Positions 9,901 through 17,473 of a stretch of 26,242 nt of DNA are shown piece by piece. Origin of the DNA: a virus. A model generated the notes under the pieces. That model was not told where the DNA came from, made no database searches, and saw only the letters and a program-made list of their open reading frames with translations. The stretch is from IMG/VR virus record IMGVR_UViG_3300002054_000060, one strand, 5' to 3'. Positions within the stretch are counted from its first letter, which is position 1, and the number at the start of each line of letters is the position of its first letter. The translations under genes and the position numbers were made by a program.

Positions 9901-10398
9901 CCACCGAGCATCGTGCCCATGCCGAGCTTTGGTAAGCGGCCAATGGTTATGGTAGTGCTTGAAGATCCCGCGCCCAAGGAAGTGGGGTATGGCCGCATGA
10001 TGGCCCCGCGCTGCCGAGAGGAGGTGCTGCGTGCGCTGCGTGCGAGTGACTTGTCACCGAACGACTGCTACTTCACCACGACACAAAAAGCGCGGCGAGC
10101 GGAGAAGCAGCCCATTAACCCGGACCATGTATCGCAGTGCTTGCCCTATCTGCTCGAAGAGATCGAGCTGCTGAAGCCTGCGGTGATTTTGGCACTGGGC
10201 ACAAAGACGTTAAGGGCGATCAATCCAGACTTGAAAGGCAACGCGCAGGACTTGAACGGGCAGATTGTCTGGATGCCCAAGCTCAACGCGGCACTGGTGT
10301 GTGGTATCTCCCCGGGGATGATCTACTTCAATCCCGAAGCCCAAGAGGAGCTGGATCACGCTTTTGAGGTCACTGCCTCGTTGTGCCCCACTCACTAG
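6931..10398 (+). CDS. dnaE: DNA polymerase III alpha-like (family C) polymerase with C-terminal UDG family-4-like domain
   Basis: GPGRGSVGGS, DPIRFDLLFERFINPER, catalytic PDADIDF and KIDML, GVFQFES, ALYRPGP, FQEQVM, YSFNASH. C-terminal ~185 aa resemble UDG4. TGATG overlap with cobS. Confidence 0.95.
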   Translation: MLALLDNESHFGLGRALLTPDDVVAHAAAQGCAAVGLADYMSVDGVVSFTAAAKKHGVKPIIGCRLAVHLMKDTAGETATKSYGVGSIIAYPKNAAGFTELLQLLSLAHCEPRAHRGVGRIWPSDLLALAASGNHLFLLSPDEPMYRWPEFEDVLLTLARMSRERGEPVLSLPVLQGKTPLHVRINTDTMEWSDRLLDSYDYAAPLIYCGAAKYKHADEAHASAYDTFRASATQSFIRSTGKLIYRRYARDDAPVSVDVASTALECTGIVAADMSEDVLEHLEYVWEPMPVSLPRTLDTITDDDSEYEHLVDLVLMGIETRLGQSVLGYQPSDEDIVTRYQPRIRYELEVLKSMGFCRYFLVVADLVNYAKNRGILVGPGRGSVGGSIVAYLMGITDVDPIRFDLLFERFINPERLDLPDADIDFESARRHEVHEYLVERYGADCVANVTNYVTAQPSSAFRRAAMVHGLPPGQQNLSVQIQAGVDLESAAANIPAIAVYKAENPRAFSDAVLMTGFNAGFSVHAGGVIVTDSAPGERLADRSTVVVRKETPCVSWDKHSVEGFGLVKIDMLSISTLDGLSVALKLLGDKVDLTQLPLDDELTLKGFEQGETIGVFQFESRGMRRLLVDMARKVSRTPGSLDEVVERNPLNFMDLAVATALYRPGPMESGMMAEYVANRQVGAEVSVIHPDMKPILSKTIGAMVFQEQVMEVARVIAGFSLAEADLLRRAIGKKDADKMAALRDDFVSRCVSYKGLAAHDATHLFDNIEKFASYSFNASHSVAYSLISYQCMYLKQHHPVEFYCGLMNSATAKGDFRLRTLIADAKANGIMVLPPDINQSQLAFAPSEHEGKRCIVAPLSVMRGLAEKGATKAIHARESLPGAVFTSREHFSASVDRRSINKTVVAALEAVGGFRSLDDPSDPEYVSVMDESRRGAQLESCPGIIVDFVRADRVLDVVGAKDGLIDMHTRINKCDRCALACGKHYNPANTPPSIVPMPSFGKRPMVMVVLEDPAPKEVGYGRMMAPRCREEVLRALRASDLSPNDCYFTTTQKARRAEKQPINPDHVSQCLPYLLEEIELLKPAVILALGTKTLRAINPDLKGNAQDLNGQIVWMPKLNAALVCGISPGMIYFNPEAQEELDHAFEVTASLCPTH

Positions 10399-10486
10399 AT
10401 TTCACGATGGCCGCGCTCAGTGCGCGATCATTTCACTCGCTGGACGATCAACGTCCAGCCCCTTCACGACGACACAGGAGCACTAT

Positions 10487-11014
10487 ATGAGCGAATACGC
10501 AGCAACGGCGCAAACGCACGATACTCTGTTTGAGAATTGCAAGCCCATTGATGAGGGCCAAATTCAAAGAGACGTAGCATTCGGTGAGTTCGACACAATG
10601 GTGCGCAACCAGGCGGCCATGCGGAGTCACTACGGGGTGCAGCACGCCCGGTACTACCACGCCATGAAAAAGGCCAAGTCTAATCTGGACTTCGTTGAGG
10701 CGCGGCTGGATATGGCAATACGCACACAGGCGGAGCAAGAGGGTGAGAAAGTCACAGAAGGCAAGATTGGCTCTCGCATCAAGTCGCACGACATGTACCG
10801 CGCAGCAAAGGAGCTGCTGGAGGAGGCAGAGATGCACGCCAAAACCCTTGAGCATGTGATAGCTGCTCTGGATTCCAAGCGTGATATGCTTATACAGCAC
10901 AGTAAGCACTTACTCATAGAGCAAGGCGGCGACATGCGCATTCACGGAGACCGTGGTGCGGAGGCCGCAGCCTTGAATTCTCTGCGAGAAGCTGGGACTG
11001 CGGCAGCGGCGTAA
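10487..11014 (+). CDS. Helical protein, probably UvsY-like recombination mediator
   Basis: AGGAG SD then ATG 10487. Coiled-coil pattern EKVTEGKIGSRIKSHDMY...ALDSKRDML. Sits between the polymerase and ssb; function inferred. Confidence 0.55.
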   Translation: MSEYAATAQTHDTLFENCKPIDEGQIQRDVAFGEFDTMVRNQAAMRSHYGVQHARYYHAMKKAKSNLDFVEARLDMAIRTQAEQEGEKVTEGKIGSRIKSHDMYRAAKELLEEAEMHAKTLEHVIAALDSKRDMLIQHSKHLLIEQGGDMRIHGDRGAEAAALNSLREAGTAAAA

Positions 11015-11049
11015 AACATCACCCGAATCCGACAGTCAATACTGAGCTT

Positions 11050-11075
11050 GGCATGGGTACTCGCGTACCCATGCC
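11050..11075 (+). promoter_or_regulatory. Perfect 11-bp stem hairpin in the ssb leader
   Basis: GGCATGGGTAC-TCGC-GTACCCATGCC, no U-tract. Confidence 0.6.
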
Positions 11076-11132
11076 GTTCCACTGTCAAGTAACTACTTAC
11101 CTACTAACTACCGACAAGAGACTACAAACCAA

Positions 11133-12098
11133 ATGTCTGCATTACTCGACCTCGTAAACAAAAAACGCAAGCAACTGTCCAACAGCCAGCGGCACGCCAA
11201 CCTCTCCAGCAAGAACCAGCACATCGTGCGGCTCCTGCCCTCATGGCATGGCGTAGGCAGCGACCAAGCCTTCTGGCATGACTGGGGTATTCACTGGGTT
11301 AAGTCACCCGGTCAGGCCAAAGCCAGCGCCGTCCACATGTGCATGGCAAAGACCTTTGGCAAAGAGTGCCCCATCTGCGAAGCTATCGCAGCCGGCTCTC
11401 GCAGCACCGCTGATGACATCGAAATCAACGCGCTCAAAGAGTCAGGCAGCTCGCAGCGAATGTTGTTCAACGCCCTGATGCTCTCTGGCGACACACCCGA
11501 TGAGCCTGTTGTGCTCGAAGTGCCAGGCGGCGTTGCCAATATGATCTTTGAGATCATCGGGCAGTGGGGTGACATTTCTCATCCTGAAACCGGTCGCCCC
11601 ATCATCATCAACAAGACCGGCACTGGCTTGACCACCAAGTACACGGTGCAGCCGGCAGCGGAAGTGACGCAGGTACCCGCCTCGATCTATGAGAACGTAG
11701 TCAATCTTGAAGAGCATGTACAGCAAGAGGACGTTGCCAAGCTCAGCGCGGCTGTAGCTGCCGTCAATGCCATTACAGGCGTTGTTGGGTCATCCGCTCC
11801 GATCATGGGTGCTGCCAGTGCTACGCCTGCTATGGCACACGCAGCGCCTGCTGCGCTGGCTGCTGGTGGCTCACCAGCGGGTGCTGTGTTCGATGATGGC
11901 CTTGCCATGAACGAAGCAGCCCCAACGCCTGCAGTGGCACCTGCGGCAGCACAAGCACCAGCCGCCGCTATGGCTGCTGCCCCTGCTGCTGTAACGCCAG
12001 TGGCTGCTGCCCCTGCTGCAGTAGCACCAGCGGGTGACATCGACGCCCAACGCGCCGACTTTCGCAACTCGTTACTCGCTGGCGGCGACGCTGCGTAA
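11133..12098 (+). CDS. ssb: T4 gp32-like single-stranded DNA-binding protein
   Basis: IVRLLPSW, FWHDWGIHW, Zn-type CMAKTFGKECPICE, GRPIIINKTGTGLTTKYTV; Ala/Pro-rich flexible tail. Confidence 0.75.
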   Translation: MSALLDLVNKKRKQLSNSQRHANLSSKNQHIVRLLPSWHGVGSDQAFWHDWGIHWVKSPGQAKASAVHMCMAKTFGKECPICEAIAAGSRSTADDIEINALKESGSSQRMLFNALMLSGDTPDEPVVLEVPGGVANMIFEIIGQWGDISHPETGRPIIINKTGTGLTTKYTVQPAAEVTQVPASIYENVVNLEEHVQQEDVAKLSAAVAAVNAITGVVGSSAPIMGAASATPAMAHAAPAALAAGGSPAGAVFDDGLAMNEAAPTPAVAPAAAQAPAAAMAAAPAAVTPVAAAPAAVAPAGDIDAQRADFRNSLLAGGDAA

Positions 12099-12122
12099 GT
12101 AACCACACGGTACGTCAGTAAC

Positions 12123-12144
12123 GGGGCCACTTACGAGTGGCCCC
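12123..12144 (+). terminator. GC-rich hairpin after ssb (stabiliser or weak terminator)
   Basis: GGGGCCACT-TACG-AGTGGCCCC, 9-bp stem with UNCG-type loop, no U-tract. Confidence 0.5.
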
Positions 12145-12161
12145 TAGCTGCACTCACCCTT

Positions 12162-13118
12162 GTGAAAATCCTACTGATTGATGCGAACAACATCGGTTAC
12201 CGAGCGCACCACAGAAGCGCAGAGGTCGTTGATGGTGTCGAAGTACAAGCGATCCGCGGCGTCATAGACGCACTGCGCAGCCAGCTATCACAACTCAAGC
12301 GCTACCGCGCTGTGATGCTCTACGATGGCAACCCGCGTTTTCGTTACGCGATGTGCGATCACTACAAGGCGCAGCGTGACGCCAGCCCCAAAAGGGCCGC
12401 CATACGCCAGCGTTACCGGCAGCAGTTGCCGTTCATCAAGAAAATATCAACCGCGCTGGGGGTGGATAGCCTTTACCACCCATCGGCGGAAGCTGACGAT
12501 GTGGCCGCCTGGATGGTGCGCACGCACCCCGATGCTGAGTTCTATCTGCTCAGCGACGACGAGGATTGGCGGCAGCTCATTAACGACAGAGTTACCGTCA
12601 TTGATGCGAAGTACAAGCACTGGACGCCACAGGTTGTCTTTGAACAGTTTGGGTACGGCGTCGATCGCATTGTCCATGTGAAGGCGATGATGGGTGATTC
12701 GAGCGACAACCTCTCAGGCGTTGGGGGCTTTGGCAAAACGCACGCTCGCACGTTCATCCGAGACAACGGCTCGCTGGATGACTTCCTGCTCACAGCGTCG
12801 GGGATAAGCAAAGAAGCTCTGGCGAAGCTGCCACGCAGGATGCAGAACCTCGTGCAGAACGACCTCAGCGCTGACAAGTTCGGCATCACCATGCGACCCA
12901 CAGAGCGCTACGAGCTGAACCTCAAGATGATGGACCTGACGATGGACCACGGCATCAATTGGCGTCGGCTGGAATACACCCCCGGTGTTTACTGCCCCAC
13001 GCGCATTTTGGCCGGGCTCGAGACCATCGAGCACAACAGCGCATTGATGCGCCTAGAGACCTTCCCCCAACCGTTTGCACACCACTACGAACAGCACACC
13101 TCGGTGCCGCTGTGGTGA
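12162..13118 (+). CDS. 5'-3' exonuclease / flap endonuclease (PolA N-terminal domain, T5 D15/T4 RNase H-like)
   Basis: LLIDANN, YKAQR, EADDV, SDDEDWRQL, MGDSSDNLSGVGGFGKTHA (H3TH motif). Confidence 0.9.
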   Translation: MKILLIDANNIGYRAHHRSAEVVDGVEVQAIRGVIDALRSQLSQLKRYRAVMLYDGNPRFRYAMCDHYKAQRDASPKRAAIRQRYRQQLPFIKKISTALGVDSLYHPSAEADDVAAWMVRTHPDAEFYLLSDDEDWRQLINDRVTVIDAKYKHWTPQVVFEQFGYGVDRIVHVKAMMGDSSDNLSGVGGFGKTHARTFIRDNGSLDDFLLTASGISKEALAKLPRRMQNLVQNDLSADKFGITMRPTERYELNLKMMDLTMDHGINWRRLEYTPGVYCPTRILAGLETIEHNSALMRLETFPQPFAHHYEQHTSVPLW

Positions 13119-13138
13119 CACCTACTGATACCAAAACT

Positions 13139-15289
13139 ATGAGCAAGGCCAATCTCCTCAAGAACATCGGCAACATCGTTGGCGATCAAGCGAAGTCGCT
13201 TGAGATAAAGACCTGGATTAACACGGGGCTCCCCCCATTGAATTACTGCCTGTCTGGTCACTACGACAGAGGCTACGCACTGGGCAGGCTGTATGAAATG
13301 TTCGGCCCCAGCAGCAGCGGCAAAACCCTTTGCGCCACCAAGGCCATGATTGCAGCGCAAGAGCAGGGTGGTTGCGCCATTTTCATCGACTACGAGCAGA
13401 GCTTTGACCTGTCCCTGGCGATGGAGCTGGGCATGACGGACGAAGCGCCTTACTTCATTTACGTCGCGCCACGCACATGGGAGGAAGGCAACCAAAAGGC
13501 GATTGAATTGGCCGCTGCGATACGAGAGTCAGAGGTCATCGCCGGCACGGCTCCCATCATGATAGTGCAGGACTCGATTGCAGCGGCAGTGCCTGCCAGT
13601 CAAGTAGCCAAGGGCCACGACTTCAACGCACTGAACATGAATGACACCACGGCACTGGCGCGTGTGACCAGCACAACGCTCAAGTCGATCAAGGCATACG
13701 CCACTGACTTGCAGTTTACGTGCTTGTTCCTGAATCAAATCAGAGTCAGCCCTGGTGTTTGCTTGCGAGGAGATGTCAAGATCCCGTTCGTTGATGGCAC
13801 CTACGCGACGATGCAAGAGATCGTCAGGGGAAAAATCGCTAAGGACGTTTGGTCATTCAACCAAGAGACGGGCGAGTTTGAGGCGAAACCTATTGTTGGC
13901 TGGATGGACAATGGAAAGGTCGAGTCAAATGACGAGTGGGTGCATATCAAGTCCACCGGTCATGGCACCAAGAACGGAGTGAAAGCCGTCACAGCAACAC
14001 GCGATCACCAAATACTAACGGTGGGTGAAAACAACGAGCCAGTTTGGAAAGAGGCTCAGGACATAAAGGTGGGGGACAAGCTGTATGCGCAAGACACCCA
14101 TCAACTCAGAGATGAAGACCGAGACATATTCGCCGGCATGATACTGGGTGATGTGTCCATAAAAGAAGGTCACTCAGAGCGTGCGATAACCGCAAATCTG
14201 ACGTTTCAGGACAGTGTAGACCCCGACTATCCCGTATGGAAAACAGAACTGCTGGCCCCCATATTTGGTCGCTTCAACAGTGTCAAGTACAAATTTAACG
14301 GTAAGAATCTTGAGAAGTGGGTGGGGCAATACAGGAATGAAATCTATAGGTACAGAGAGCTTCGCAAGAATCCGTTAGAGACTTTTGAGACGTTCGGGTT
14401 GACCATGCGTGGGTTCCTTATATGGATCATGGATGATGGTCACATGGCCGACAGGGATAGATACTTCCTATCCATAGGTAGGATCAAGGATGACGTTGTG
14501 CTGGATGAGATCGCTGACTGGCTGTACTACAACCTCGGACTTCGATCAAGAGTTCGGCATCGACAAGGGCAGCTTGTATTCGACGCTGAATCTTCACGAA
14601 AAATATCAAGGGCCCTGGCAGAGTACGAAATACCCAAGTGCATGAGACGCAAAATTCTTCCCGCAGACAGGGGTAGGAGGCCGACTAAGCAATACTCAAT
14701 GAAGCCCGCCAACAAGTCAGTTGTTGTTCTTGAAACCGTCACTTGTGTGTGTGCAGCAGGAAATAAGAATAGGGGTGACCTCTCAAACACAAAATTCGAC
14801 ATAGAGGTGGCTGACAACCACAACTTTCTGGCCGGCAGTAAAGACGCGGGTTTTGTGGTTCACAACAGCTTCGGGAACCCCACTGTAACTCCGGGCGGAA
14901 AAGCTACCGAGTTCTACGCCAGCGGTCGCATATCACTGGGTCGCAAGACAAGCGTGGATAAAGTAGCGGGTCTTGAGGAGCAGGAGATCACCGCCAAGGT
15001 GGTGAAAACAAAACACACACGCCCCTTGAAAAAGTGCAGTTGGAAATTGAAGTTCCGTGACGACGGCATGGCGTGGTTTGACACCGAGCTGTCAACCATA
15101 GAGTTCGCCAAGACCAACGGGCTACTGGAAACCGCTGGCAACTACATCGTCTGGGAAGGCAAGAAATACTACGCCGTGCAGCTCGCGGAACACTTGCGCA
15201 ACACTGGCACATCGGACGCATTCACCGCATGGCTTGTGGAGAATGGTAAGGACGTTATCGCAGAGAAAGAAGAAGAGCTAGAGGCGTAG
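13139..15289 (+). CDS. recA: RecA/UvsX recombinase interrupted by an intein
   Basis: Walker A GPSSSGKT, FIDYEQSFD, DSIAA, FLNQIR...FGNPTVTPGGKATEFYASGRI. Exteins of 207 + 140 aa give 347 aa. Start ATG 13139 (GTG 13115 possible). Confidence 0.93.
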   Translation: MSKANLLKNIGNIVGDQAKSLEIKTWINTGLPPLNYCLSGHYDRGYALGRLYEMFGPSSSGKTLCATKAMIAAQEQGGCAIFIDYEQSFDLSLAMELGMTDEAPYFIYVAPRTWEEGNQKAIELAAAIRESEVIAGTAPIMIVQDSIAAAVPASQVAKGHDFNALNMNDTTALARVTSTTLKSIKAYATDLQFTCLFLNQIRVSPGVCLRGDVKIPFVDGTYATMQEIVRGKIAKDVWSFNQETGEFEAKPIVGWMDNGKVESNDEWVHIKSTGHGTKNGVKAVTATRDHQILTVGENNEPVWKEAQDIKVGDKLYAQDTHQLRDEDRDIFAGMILGDVSIKEGHSERAITANLTFQDSVDPDYPVWKTELLAPIFGRFNSVKYKFNGKNLEKWVGQYRNEIYRYRELRKNPLETFETFGLTMRGFLIWIMDDGHMADRDRYFLSIGRIKDDVVLDEIADWLYYNLGLRSRVRHRQGQLVFDAESSRKISRALAEYEIPKCMRRKILPADRGRRPTKQYSMKPANKSVVVLETVTCVCAAGNKNRGDLSNTKFDIEVADNHNFLAGSKDAGFVVHNSFGNPTVTPGGKATEFYASGRISLGRKTSVDKVAGLEEQEITAKVVKTKHTRPLKKCSWKLKFRDDGMAWFDTELSTIEFAKTNGLLETAGNYIVWEGKKYYAVQLAEHLRNTGTSDAFTAWLVENGKDVIAEKEEELEA
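13760..14866 (+). mobile_element. Intein with LAGLIDADG homing endonuclease in recA (369 aa)
   Basis: Begins CLRGDVKI, block B TATRDHQI, LAGLIDADG blocks AGMILGDVS and IWIMDDG, block F FDIEVADNHNF, ends VVHN followed by Ser. DNA is visibly more A/T-rich than the flanks. Confidence 0.93.
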
Positions 15290-15348
15290 CTGACGGCTGT
15301 AACCAACCACTCACACACTAGAGGTAACACGACAATGAGCAAGATCAA

Positions 15349-15663
15349 ATGACTAAATCAATCGAGCACGACGAGGCGGAAATCACTCGTATTATCAACA
15401 CGATGGCGTTGCCGTTCGCTGTTGATCCAGAAATCTTGGACGATTTCGCCGCGACTGTGAAGCAGGGAATGCGTGACTACAGCAGCCACATGGCAAAAAG
15501 GGGTGGCGCAGCTCACGATGAAAAGGCCCTGCGTTCCATAACCCACCCGATGCTTAGAAGCATGGTCAGTCGCGGAGAGGCGGCTACCATGTGCAAGGCG
15601 TATGCAGAAAGCCTTGGATGTGTTCGCACGTCAGCACAGCAGGGCGATGAGGGTGGGTCGTGA
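15349..15663 (+). CDS. Hypothetical protein
   Basis: 104-aa ORF in operon orientation, preceded by a coupled 5-codon ORF with GAGGT SD. Confidence 0.55.
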   Translation: MTKSIEHDEAEITRIINTMALPFAVDPEILDDFAATVKQGMRDYSSHMAKRGGAAHDEKALRSITHPMLRSMVSRGEAATMCKAYAESLGCVRTSAQQGDEGGS

Positions 15664-15818
15664 ACCTACTGCCCGTCAACAGAGTCGAGCTGTTCAAGGG
15701 CTGGCTGAACGCTGCCGGCGCAGATGTTCTTTCGCCAACGAACCCCTACGAGCTGGTACGTTTCGATTGCCCACACGGCATCGGCGTGCTCTACACCGGT
15801 AAGCGCTCAACGAGGTGA
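15660..15818 (+). CDS. Small hypothetical phage protein (52 aa), not in the ORF track
   Basis: GTGA overlap with the upstream stop. Translates MNLLPVNRVELFKGWLNAAGADVLSPTNPYELVRFDCPHGIGVLYTGKRSTR and fills the gap to the next ATG. Confidence 0.55.
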   Translation: MNLLPVNRVELFKGWLNAAGADVLSPTNPYELVRFDCPHGIGVLYTGKRSTR

Positions 15819-15821
15819 ACG

Positions 15822-16403
15822 ATGACCACTAAGCCCCCCAAGCGCCCTGTCGTCAAGCGCGACGACTACGGTTACTTCACCACGTCACCTGCCACCTCCA
15901 TGAAGATGGCCGAGAAGCAGACGCTGTGCGGTAGTTGTGGCCGGCAATCAAGCTGCAACTTGCCGGGCATCCAGCGCGAAGGGCGCACACGCGACCACTG
16001 GGCCGTCATCGATGTGGTGGCGTGCGACATCTTTGTGCCGCAGATCATTTTCTACAACCCTCACATGCCAGAGGGTCGCTGGAACACACTTAGGCTCGGC
16101 GATCGATCCTCGTTTCTCCAAAAGGGCCAGCAAGTACAGATCATTGACCCCAGTGGCGCTCACCTGAGCTTCGCCCGTGTCACGAGCGTTATCGTTGGCG
16201 ACAAGGACATCATCATCGAAGAGCACGCACGGTTCAACCACTCTGTAAAGGATATGAACCTCAAAAAGCAAGAGAAAACCGATTACATCAAGCGCAAGTT
16301 GCCGCAGCACTACCACAGCCACCTGTGGGCACGCACGACGCAAGTGACAGCGGTGTACTTGAAAGCCATCCCTGAACTCACACAAACCGAATACAAGAGC
16401 TGA
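15822..16403 (+). CDS. Hypothetical protein with Cys cluster and possible ASCH/PUA-like domain
   Basis: GAGGT SD. CGSC...C...C, followed by WNTLRLG...LQKGQQVQII...ARVTSVIVG...HARFN, which resembles the ASCH pattern. Confidence 0.6.
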   Translation: MTTKPPKRPVVKRDDYGYFTTSPATSMKMAEKQTLCGSCGRQSSCNLPGIQREGRTRDHWAVIDVVACDIFVPQIIFYNPHMPEGRWNTLRLGDRSSFLQKGQQVQIIDPSGAHLSFARVTSVIVGDKDIIIEEHARFNHSVKDMNLKKQEKTDYIKRKLPQHYHSHLWARTTQVTAVYLKAIPELTQTEYKS

Positions 16404-17473
16404 TGAAACCCATGCAACCCTTTGTGCTGGTAAGCGACATACACCTGCACAACTTCACCCAGTTTGACCGCCCCACTGAGCACGGCCACGGCACACGAGT
16501 CGAGCACACGCTGCAAGCTCTGCTAGAAGCGGCCCAGGCAGCGCGCACAGTGAACATCAACCGCATGGTCATAGCGGGAGACATCTTTCACGTCCGCGGC
16601 AAGCTGTCGCCCTCTGTTGTCAATCCATTCCGCGACACGCTGGACCTTTTGGTGAAATCAGGCTTCACCATCGAGATGATCCCTGGCAATCATGACCTTG
16701 AGACAGAGAACTCCTATGAGCACTCAAGTGCAATTCAGTTTTTGCGCACCGAGAATCTGGTGAAGGTGTATTCACACCCAACCATCACCGGTGATGATAT
16801 CTACTTCATTCCTTGGACGCCAGACCTGAACGAACTCAAAGAGCTACTGCAAGCGCCACCGGATACGGAGCGCTGCGATTTGGCAGTGGTCATGCACGCG
16901 CCGGTCAATGGCGTGATCCCGGGTCTGCCAGATACGGGGTTAGACCCCGCATGGCTGACAAAACTGGGCTACAAGGCCATATTTTCCGGGCACTACCACC
17001 GCCACGTTGATTTCAGCAACAACGTCTACTCGATTGGCGCGCTGAACCACCATAACTTCGGGGATGTGGGCACCAAGGCGGGTTACATGATCGTGCGGGA
17101 CAGTGGCGTTCTGAGCATCGAGCAACATGAGACGCAAGCGCCGAGATTTGTGGACCACCACCCTGATTTGCCCCATGGCGAGTACGCAGGTCACTACGTT
17201 CGCGCAACGCTGACCGACTCAACGATCACAGAGCGCGAGCGCTTTAGGGACGAACTACTGAATGACGGAGCGCTCGGCGTCATGGTGCGCAATGTCAAGA
17301 CGGCGCCCGAGTACCGCACCGGGGAATCCAGCGAGCGAGCTGCCAGTAGTGAGGGACTGCTCGACATTGCCAAGAGCTACATCAACGAGCGCTACCCAGA
17401 GGGCGTGCAAGCGGAGCGCGTCTACAAACAGGTTGAGCGCTTGCTTACCAAAGCAGAGGAGGCAACACCATGA
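16403..17473 (+). CDS. sbcD: SbcD/Mre11-like metallophosphoesterase nuclease
   Basis: SDIH, GDIFH, GNHD, MH, GHYH motifs; upstream of an SMC-like ATPase. Confidence 0.92.
   Translation: MKPMQPFVLVSDIHLHNFTQFDRPTEHGHGTRVEHTLQALLEAAQAARTVNINRMVIAGDIFHVRGKLSPSVVNPFRDTLDLLVKSGFTIEMIPGNHDLETENSYEHSSAIQFLRTENLVKVYSHPTITGDDIYFIPWTPDLNELKELLQAPPDTERCDLAVVMHAPVNGVIPGLPDTGLDPAWLTKLGYKAIFSGHYHRHVDFSNNVYSIGALNHHNFGDVGTKAGYMIVRDSGVLSIEQHETQAPRFVDHHPDLPHGEYAGHYVRATLTDSTITERERFRDELLNDGALGVMVRNVKTAPEYRTGESSERAASSEGLLDIAKSYINERYPEGVQAERVYKQVERLLTKAEEATP

Noticed and set aside
11750-12040. Ala/Pro-rich repeats in ssb as a distinct repeat element
   Set aside because: Imperfect codon-level repeats of a flexible linker, ordinary for SSB tails.
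12959-13138. 60-aa N-terminal extension of RecA in the ORF track
   Set aside because: It overlaps the exonuclease gene, and a normal RecA length is obtained from ATG 13139.
15798-15811. Operator-like GGTAAGCGCTCAAC
   Set aside because: Four mismatches to the perfect palindrome and lies inside the 52-aa ORF, so it is not counted as a firm site.
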